This document shows, piece after piece, positions 39,101 through 49,700 of a stretch of DNA of 64,000 bases. The stretch spans positions 1,965,628 to 2,029,627 of the forward strand of contig BFEA01000004.1 of the NCBI GenBank assembly GCA_003427395.1, given 5' to 3'. Below the pieces are notes generated by a model, which saw only the letters and a program-made list of their open reading frames with translations, had not been told where the DNA came from and made no database searches. A program made the translations under genes and the position numbers. The stretch comes from Chara braunii (lineage: Eukaryota; Plantae; Charophyceae). Position 1 is the first letter of the stretch. Each line of letters begins with the position of its first letter.

Positions 39101-42100
39101 GTTAATGACTGGGGCCCTTGCTGGTGGGAATGCTAGGTTCTTATGTTGAATTCCTTCTTCTTCATTGGATCAGTCTATATTCCAGTTAATGACTGGGGGG
39201 CTTGCGTTTTTATTCACCGCGTTCCATCTGGTTTTGAACTCAGGCCTGTATGCCAGCAGTTCATGGGTGTGCCGACTGAGCTAGTTAATGACTGGGGACC
39301 TCGCTGGTTTCCGACGGTACCCGGAATTGCTTCGTTAATGACTGGGGGCCTTGCTGAGCATGTAATAGTGTTTGGAATGTCTTTGGTTTCGACTTGATGT
39401 CATTTGGCTGCTCCACTGCTCAGATGAACTTGTAGACAACTTAGTCCCTTGTTATCTGGCTCATCTCTCTCAGGCAACCATCTGAAACTTGAAGACAGTG
39501 TGGAGGTTCGAAGTAGCCGTGGAAAGAATGCCCGAAGTAAGAAGATAACAGGAGTACAGGTGCGCTTCCTGTCCTATCAGAATACCTCCCCCTCCACTAT
39601 GGCAGTGCATCCAAGGCATGTATCTAATGTTTTCTCCCCATCCCCATTGTGTCTCAGTGGCTGTCAAATTGCTTGCACTGTGTTAGTAGGTGTTCTCGTC
39701 TCGGTGACTGTGTTGTCCAGTGTTCCTGTGGCTGAACATATGTTGTCAATTGATTCTATGACATGCTCTGGGATCTTAGCTATAAGGGGACTCCCACAAA
39801 ATCCCACCCTGTAACTGCTACTGGGTTGCTGCACACCACCGCCTTGTTCCTGTAATCCTGGTACATGACTTAAATCCTGTGTTCATTGTTATGCAATGCT
39901 GATCTGGGGCAAGGGGGGGGGGGCGGGGATTGCCACGTTTATTTTCTGTTTGCGAGTTTTCTAGACTAGTTTTTCTCAGTTGACATCTGGTGCACCCGCA
40001 GCTTGCAAGTGGTTCAGAAACTGCAGGCACAGGGTCAGCTGTATCAAGGTGTGAGCCACCCGGAAACACGTTGTTGTCTGCCCTCGTCCCAGTCAAATTG
40101 TGCTAGCTGAACCACAGCACTAGCTTCCCATTAGGTAGGCTAGAAACACCTTCCTTTGTTTCCCTGTGTGTTTTCTGTTGTTGTTTCGCTTTGCACCTTT
40201 GCACCTTGATCTAAGTTCGCTTTGCCCTCCAGGGCCACAACCACCACGGAAGTGCGGCTTGCAATCGTACCTGCTGTCCAGAACGCATTCTCTTGTTTGC
40301 ACGACAGTTGATTAGGCATGCATGATAAGCCTCCATACATGTTTGCGGTGCTTGGTTCCGCCTGCCTGTGCATGTCATGTATCTTACCTCAAGCCGATTT
40401 ACAAGCCTTTTTGTGCTGGAAGGGTGTGAAGTGCAACTTTGAACTCATAATGCTGACCAGTTTGTCATTGTTTGGTAGCTCTTCACCCCCAAGGATTAAA
40501 GAAACAGGGTGGTAAGGGGCCACCGAGGGTTAAAGAAACAGGGTGGGTTAAAGAATCAGGGTGACAAGGGGGCGTGAAACCCCACACCCAGCATGATATG
40601 CAGGATCTCCTCTCCCTGTGACCAGTCTAGACTTTTTGGGTTGCACAATTCACTCTGTAGTTTTTCATTTGCGAAAACTTGTCAGGGTACGGATGGAATC
40701 GGTTGGATATAGATCCTGATATCTGTTGGTCCTGGGCTCTTTCTGTTAAAACTCGTTCGGAATGAATAATGCAGCACATGCCAGGGGACGGGAGGAAGGT
40801 CCTAATCACATCAAATGACTCACGGTTGCGGTTGTATGATGGTATGAAGCTGGAATGCAAGTACAAAGGTGAGAAACGTCAGTCATTTTCTGTGACTGGG
40901 GATGTGATGCTTCCAGACTGGTTTTGCTGATATGCAGTCCCTTCCATTTGTTTTATAGGCTCAGAGGTAGTGAGGGCCTCCGTAGCGGATGAGTTGCGGA
41001 TCTGATCGATTAAATACACACTTTTCTTTAACAATCATGGAGCACCAGTTGAATGAGTGGCCATGTCTATTTTAGAATGGTTGGGTTTTCCGAAAACAAA
41101 AAAAAAGCATGGCTGATTTTTCAAGACATCTTGTAAAAGGTGGAATGATACAGACAACATTAGCATGGCCGGTGCTCAGCTCTTGTTTTTGGTGCTCAGC
41201 TCTTGTTTTTGGTGTGTACGCTGTCGGTATCATACGCGGAGTCTCTGAGGAACTGGAATCACATTTCTTCTTTTCAAAGGGTGACGGCCTTAAGGTATTG
41301 TCGTGGAACTTACCAGCCCCAGGTAATTCAGAGTTGTTTCACTCACCCACTTCCATCAGGATACGAAGTTGGGCCTGTTTATCAACAGCTCACAGGTGTA
41401 CCATTGAGCCACACGAGTTTGGTACGGAAATCACATTCGTCATTCATTGATGATGTAAACGAAGTTCTATTACAACACATCTGATTCATCCTTTCTTTCA
41501 ATTTCAGATTGGTGTCATGTAACTTTCTGGTGGTTCACTGTCACATTACTCTCACACACACTACCGTCTTCACCCGATTATAACGCCCGGTCATTATGGC
41601 CACATTTGGCTCACATTTCTGTCCAGATGCAGCGAAAATGACTGTACAACGTGTATGATCTATTCGGGGGAAGAAGGAAGTGCTTCCTAACATGTATCTG
41701 ACTGCAAGTACAGCCATACCTGGATGGATCTGACTGCGATGGTGTCCAGAGCTTACTAGAAGTCCTAGTGGGGGTATGTCCTCACTGTCTGTTACATGCT
41801 GAGCCTGCAAACGAGGGCCTTTTTAAGGCCCTGTGTTGTTTTCAGCCTAAAAGCCTGAAGACAAGGGCCTACAGGTCCTGTGTCGTTTTCAGCCTAAAAG
41901 CCTGAAAACAAGGGCCTACAGGCCCTGTGTCGTTTCAGCCTGAAAGCCTGAAAACAAGGGCCTACAGACCCTGTGTCGTTTCAGCATAAAACAGGGCCCT
42001 CCAGGCCCTGAGTCTTTTCAGCCTGAAACGGAGGGCCATTTTCAGGCCCTCATATGATCGACCTGCCCTGAAACTTAGGCACCAGACCAGGGTTTTAGCA

Positions 42101-42528
42101 CAGGCCATTTCGGGCCTGTTTTCAAGACCACCTTTGTTTGAACTTCAACGCCAGGGTCTGCACTATATAAGACTGGTCCGCACTACAGGCAAGAGCAGCC
42201 TCCTGGACGGGCCAGCACTATATAAGACTGGCTCGCCCTGCAGGCTGCAGGTAGTTCATAGGGACTTCCCAGGCACTTCATGTGCAGTTCAGGAGGCAGG
42301 AGGTAGTCTTCAGGATTCGGCAGCAGCACTCTGGGGGAGCGCTGCAGTAGTAGTAGTAGCGTTAGCAGTAGTCTTCAGCACTGGGCGCTAGTAGTAGGAG
42401 CTAGAGTAGTACTGGAGGGAGAGAGAGATTGGGCGGAGGCCAGGGAGACTTACCTGCAGCGCCATAGCTCCAGCTCGTCTCGAGGTACCTGCAGTACAGC
42501 GCCATCTTCACAGGTTAGTACCTGGCAC

Positions 42529-42574
<46 letters not shown>

Positions 42575-45500
42575 GAGTTCTTATTCTTCCTCTTCTCAGT
42601 CCACCATCTCCCCCTCACCCTCTCGCTACCTGACTTCACTGCATCAGCAGACTATGAGAGAGAGGGATTGGTGACATTTGGATCCAGACTCGACATTGGG
42701 CTTCAGACATTTGACGAGGGATTATCTGGGACTTGTACCGAAGAGTTGGTGTTGACGACATTTCCATCTTCCCCCTCTTCTTCGTCTGATCCCCTCCTCT
42801 TCGTCTGTGTATGGTCTGAACCTGGCGCACTCTTCCTGTGTGTAGCGTCAGGCCCCCTTCACACCTTGTGATGAGGATGATGTATGTTTCCTCTCACCTC
42901 TATACTTGCACCACACCATCTGCAAGCAAAATTTGCAAATGTTGCTTCCTCCTTTTGGTGTGCATGCGACGAATAGTCAAAGAAATACTAGGCCCCCAGC
43001 GGTGATGTCCGGCCCGCTTTTGTTAGCCAACCTACATAGCCATCCAAAGCACATAGCCAACGAAGGCACGCAGTCAAGCAACATGACCAGCCAAGCCACA
43101 TAGCTGGCCAGGCCATAGCCAACGAAGGCATGCAGTCAAGCCACATGACCAGCCAAGCCACATAGCTGGCCAGGCCGTATAGTCAGTGAAGCGACAGGGC
43201 CAGCTAGCCATGTAGCCAAGCCCCTAGGCAGGACAAGCCACATCGCCACCCACATGGCCAAGCCACAGCCAGCCAAGGCACATAGTGAATGTGCCTGGCC
43301 AGCTAAGCCACATAGGGCAGCAACATACCCAGCCAATGCAAATGATCCGGTGGTCCACGTAGCCAGCCAAGCCGCATAGCAAACTAACCATATAGCCAGG
43401 GCAAATGGTCAGCGAAGCTACATAGCCAAGCCACACTTGCATCACAGGTACATACCTAAAAGCCACATAGCGAACCCAGACAAGCCAAAAGCCACATAGC
43501 CAACCAAGGACATGGCTAGGGACATAAGGCACATAGCCAAGCTAGGCACATAAGGCACACAGCCAAGCTACATCTACTACATTATATCGACACTGATATG
43601 TCTGTTGACTGGCTACATAGCCAGTTTAGCCGGATTTCCAAGCCACACAGCCAAATCATAAGGCCAGTGAACCTACATAGCCAGGCCACATAGCCAGTCA
43701 AGCCACATAACGCGCAGAGCCACGTGGTCAACCAACAGAGACAAAAAAAGTACTGTGGACCTGATATCGCAAGCCCACCAAACTCCTCCCTGGTGTGCTG
43801 GATTGTTCTCCTCCAATGCTTCCCCGAAATCACGAGTGCCTTTATAACTCCTTCAATTCACTCTTTCAAAGTGGACGCATTTCAATTGCCTCTTCCTCCC
43901 TTCTTCCTCATTGGCTGAAGCGCTTATTCTTGTCGGTGAAGCAGTGCTGGCTCTGCTTTCCTTTCTGTATATCCCCTTTCCCTTTTGTTCGCCAATCTCA
44001 TGACACAGTATACTTTGCTGGGCATCCAGTGGAGTTCCGTCTCTCATCTTTGTTGGAGCTGAGCTTTGCAACCAGATATGTACTGAGAGTGCGGGTAAGT
44101 CTGCACATTCAAAACTCAAACGAACTCAATTGTTGTGTAGGCGAGCACTTGACTTCATCAGAAAGTCTGGATGAAGTTCCAAGGATAAAAAATGGTGTGG
44201 AGCAACCGGACTGTTGCCTCTCTTTTGTGTAAAAGAAAAGGGAAGAAAAAGGAAAATGGAGTGTGGTTTGAGCAGGAGAGAAGTTGTCGAGGATGAGATC
44301 ATGGGTTCTTGAAAATTTTGGTAGGAAATGGGACGTATTGTGCCTTACAATTGCATGTCTTTTTCATGCTAATGGGCATTGTTTTAATCGCTCTCTGCTG
44401 GGCTGTTAGTTGCAGAAATTCTGGGCTGTGTCAGTGCTAGTGTTCTTCACCCGAATAGAATGCCCGGTCATTATAGCTGTATTTGGCACAAGTCTTTGTC
44501 CAGACGGAGGGATAACAACGGGGCGTTCTATTCGGGTGAAGACGGTAGTGCTAGGATGCTTCTATGCGCACAGGTGACCGCACTCGCTCTGCTCAGTGAA
44601 GATTCTTCGATGTAAGTTTGGGCAAGTCGTAGATGATGATGATGGGTTTTGGGGCTGCAATGGGTTTCCAATGGAGTGAAATTGAGCAGACGAAGCAAAC
44701 GGTTTGACAGGTCATGACCATTATGGGAGGAGGGAGAGCTTTAACCACTGACCAGATGCATTTATTTTTGTGACCATTGGCCTGCTTGCATTTTGTTTTA
44801 TTTGTTTTACCGCTTCCCCAGGACATCGGAATGCTAGCAGTCTGGCGGCGTCGTTCAGTGCAAACGGAGACTTCCTGATCTGTGCCAGTGAATGCTCGCA
44901 TGTGTTCGTTTGGAACACAGTCAACTCGTATGTGCCTTCAAACCTCATGTATACAAGTTACAAAAAGGTGCGTGCTCTATTTAACGCCAAACTTTCCCAT
45001 CAGCGATGTTTTAAGGCACACTAACAACCTTGATATGGTGTGCCGATTTCTGGTCGTGTGCTTGATTCAGTGCAAATGGAGAGTTTTTCTTATATGTGCT
45101 AGGGAATGTTCATTTGATGGACCCAACTTGTGTACCCTCAAATTTCAAGTTACAGGTACACCTCTGACTAGGTTCATGCAATGATAACTTTGCCCTCCTG
45201 TAAATTGTCAAACTCCAAGCCTACGAACCAACAACGGCGGTCACCGGTGGTCCCGACTGCACAGATTGCGGGAACTGGGGAAATAACTCGACGGTCTTCA
45301 CATAAGAATTGTCCTGTGCGGGGCCTTCAATCACCACTCCAAGGCGTTGCTGGTTTTGACCAACAGCAGGCAGAGGGCTCAAGGCCAGCGTGCATTTGCA
45401 TACTTCCCCAAGTGCACAAGGCCGAAGGGCTGCAGGGTATGCTTCCCTGAAAACGGCCGCTCTTCGAGCTTGCATCACAGCTCCAGGCACGAAGTGCAGC

Positions 45501-46657
45501 AAGAAATGCTGGACACGAAGTGCAGAGTCTGCAGACACGAAAATCTACAGTGCCCAGGCCCAGTAGAGGTTTGGTGGGGAAGGGTAGCACAATTATTTTT
45601 CCTCATGGCAGCACCCTATATTTTACGCTTGGAGAAATGCAACTTCTGGTTCGTCAAAACAGGTCCGGATGGAGTGGTGGTTTAAGGGGATCAGCCTAAG
45701 ACCGTTCTGTTCTGACACCGAGTGAGGTCTCGAACAATCAACATGATCAAGATTCCAATCTAATGCTCGATTGGTCGGACCGGACGGACCGTGTTCGTAT
45801 CGCATTCAAGGGAACACATGGAAGCCTGCAACATCACTCTCCACTGACTGACAACAAGAAAAGAGTCAAAATACTAATTTGCCCCTGGTTCGGGTAGCAG
45901 GGGAAGAAAAGGAAGGCTATTTTGCCTATGAAATAGACAAGCCAGTCTTCCAACTACCATTTGACCCAGAGGAATGGGCTCAGGCAGACAAGGAGATGAA
46001 CATGACATGGCACAGCATGGTCAGAGGTGGCTATAGGATTGCACCATACATGCGGCGCATCACGTGCGTGCAAGTTGCGCATGTGCGCCACATAGCGCAT
46101 GCGCGCACGTCCGCATGGATATGATGCGATGCAATTACGGAAAAAAAAAAAAAAATCGAATACAGCAGGTTGTGGTAACCAAATGTGTGCCTCCTTTTTG
46201 AAAATTGTAAGTGCAGTGCGCACAGCAGAAAAAAACAATTCGGCACCACATCGTAATCATTGGATCTAGTCTCTTTTCCAAAAGGATCCCCTGAAAAGAT
46301 TAGCAGGGATCCCACGCATTTGAAAGGACGTTCATCGAACTGCAAGAGGATCACGAGCAGGCCAGCATTATATTCTGGATTCAGATTCAGGTCTGTGTTC
46401 CATGAGTTATGGGTTACGAACAAACTCTACAGTAGCTGTCTCGTTTTTTTGTTTTTCCTTTTCTTACGAGCAGTGCCCCTCAGGGCCTCTCGTCAGCACT
46501 CGCACAAAAGAAAAACGTATGGCTTGTATGGTTCCAGTTTCGAGGAGAGATTCATTCTAGTTTTGCACATTTGGTGAGTAGTGGAGTGAAGCCCTGAAAA
46601 TCGCATGCCAAGTTAGTCAGTCAGTAACCCATAACTGCTGAAACACGCGCCAAAGGA

Positions 46658-46731
<74 letters not shown>

Positions 46732-49700
46732 GCGTGTATACACGCATCAGGGTTGCTTTTTTTTTTTGCGCATCTGCAATCAGCGCACCACGCAGCGCGC
46801 AACGCACTGTGCAGCGCACCTCACGTATGCACTGCAAGTATGGGTTGCACATCGAGATATACCCTGTGACTAAGAAATTTGTATCTAGGTGAGAAAGGGG
46901 ACTCACCCCCCCCACCCTGGAGAACCGGGATGTGATAGCCTTTTCGCGGAACCCGTCTAGAAGGTCATCGCTAACTTCCTCCGATAGAAAGGGCTGTCCG
47001 ATGACAGATTAATCACATCTGCTTGCAGACCCCGTATTGTATCGTGTTAAGGACTGACCTCAAACAAAAGGGGCGATCCACTCACCTATTTGTTCGTTTC
47101 TTTCTCATTTTTCTCCCTTACGGTTGAACCACTACTACCTTTCACAGGCAACCTCGGAACATCAAAATGCCATGCATCGCAGTCTTCGGAGGCCAAGTGA
47201 CCCCCCCCCCTGGAGAACCGGGATGTGGTAGCCTTTTCGCGGAACCCGTCTAGAAGGTCATCGCTAACTTCCTCCGATAGAAAGGGCTGTCCGATGGCAG
47301 ATTAATCACATCTGCTTGCATACCCCATATTGTACCGTGTTAAGGACTGACCTCAAACAAAAGGGGCACTCACCTATTTGTTCGTTTCTTTCTCATTTTT
47401 CTCCCTCACGGTTGAACCACTACTACCTTTCGCAGGCAACCTCGGAACATCACAATGCCATGCATCGCAGTCTTCAGAGGCCCAGTGACCAAAATGTCTG
47501 GTGGCCCCAGCCAAAGGAAGAAAAAGAAGTCGCGCTGGGTCTTGGCAAAGCTTGGCGCGCAGTTCTTTTCCACCTTGCTAAAAGGAGGATCGCAGGTAGT
47601 GGTAGTTTATTAAAAAAGGGCGACGGGCTCGAGACATCATCGCTGAACTGACAGTCCCAGGTAAATTCATAATTAGCTGAGGTTCAAACTTTGGACTGTA
47701 TTTCAACAGTTCATGGGTGTACCAAGTATTTGCCTGGAGATGTAATCTTCAAAGTGACCGGCCCATGTAAGTCCGGAGTTATTTACCCGTCTGAGTTGGT
47801 TGGGGTCCGAACTGAGGTCTGTATTTCAACAATTCATAGGTGGTGTACCAACTGAGTATTTGCAGCTATTGCGGGGTTAGCTCCCAAAGGTCCACAGCGA
47901 CCCTGGAAACGATGCCTCCTGGCCTGTTCGACACCAATTCAAATATGGTGGTGGTGGGATGCAGAATTGATCTACCTAACTGGCAGGCTGGCACACAACG
48001 CCCCTGCAATTTGAATCATCTCTCATTTGACAGACTGGAAGATTTCCTAACAATTGGAGGCACATATGAGCACCTGTTCTGTACCACAAGACTACCTTCT
48101 TCCCCCGAGTAGAACGTACGGGCATTATCCCTGTCTCTGGATGGAAAGTTGCCTCAAATACAGCTGAAAGATTTATAGATTTTTAGACTGTAAGTGGGGA
48201 TTCTTTTGTGGCTTTGGGGAGCCAGATGTAACTTCGAAAGAAAACAGCACGCCTATAGTTATCACCCCTGGATTGGTCTGCGACCGACCAGCCGACCATT
48301 CGACCGGTCGGCAAGAACTGGCGGCTGTCGGTTGGCACCCTGCAAATTTTTATTTATTTTATTTTATTTTATTTTTTTCAGGTTGCGGGCTCCATAACTC
48401 TCAATAACGCCTTTATACACCCCCCCCGACACTCCCATACGCCGGCCCAACACCCCCATACAGCCCCTCCAACACCCCCATACCTGTCCCCAACACCCTC
48501 ATACACCCCTCCATAGCCCCTTATACCACCCCTATACCCCCCCCATGTCACCTCCCCAATCCCAAAAGTTTCTTAGCGGATTTGGGCTGTATTCAGCAAG
48601 TGCAGTACAGCCCAGAACACAGCATTGAAACAAAATCAGTGGATGGCCCTCTAATGGAATGCAGCATTGTGGATGGCCCTCTAATGACTGGTCGGCAGCC
48701 GCCTATGGGTTGGCCCAGACGGTAGGCAAGAAAACCATTGGCCGTAGGTGTCGGCGGTAGGCAGTCTAACAACCCTGGAGAGACGGGGGATAAAAAGAAA
48801 ACACTGATAGGAAGAGACGAAACAACAGCACAGAAGAGAGAAATGAAATAGACTCGGGGCAACAGAGAGGCCGGCCCTGGGGTGGGCACCCGAAAATAGG
48901 ATCGAGCTAGATGCGAGGTAAGGTGCCAATCCAGAGGGTTCTCTCTCAATACAGGCACAGTGGATTTGTCCTGGGGAAGCTGGATCTGGTTTCCAGCCAT
49001 TGCCGAAGTTGGCTGATGGCTCCAGTACATACTGGTTAGAATTGTGAGGTCCATGGCCTGGATTGGAACTTCACACTGTGTGTGGTGGGGGGGGTGGGGG
49101 GGGGGGGGGGGGGGGGGCGGAAAGAACATGGAGGCTCTGTCGACCTTGTCGTTATCGATGGAGGCCGATCATAAAAAAAATAGATGCCATTCAGATGGGG
49201 GAGCTGATGGGAAAGGAAGTAGAGCTCCAGGAAAAAGGGGCAATGACGGGGTTATGAATGGGCTAAGTACAAAGGATGTTGACAAAGAATAAAAAAGGAG
49301 GCGGTCCAAGGAGGAATAATGGGGAACTTGCCACGAGCACCAATGCACAGCTCTTTCATCGCGCATATGAAACAGTACTAAAAGGTTGGTGGCGGACTGT
49401 GTGATGATTCGTCATGTTCTATTTCTGCAGGATAAACACCAGTCCTACGAGTACTTTTACTCTCCGAATGTTACAGTCGCAAAATTCTGGCCCCTCCGGA
49501 TGAATGTCAATGGACAAACAAGCTCCAACTCGGCTGCAGGTGGCCACTCAAAAAGTTCTGCACCCAGTTTCAACAGCAGCATCCGGCAGTCATCGTCTCA
49601 GAAATCAACGTCAGGTAAATCCATTCACGAGGATAGGATTGATTCACGCAGACAAGGGAGTTCGAGCGACTTTCTGAACCCTGCTGCAAGGGAAGCAGAT

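Noticed and set aside
39101-39358. CRISPR array
   Set aside because: Eukaryotic intron, irregular periods (84, 99, 50 nt), degenerate repeat, no cas genes.
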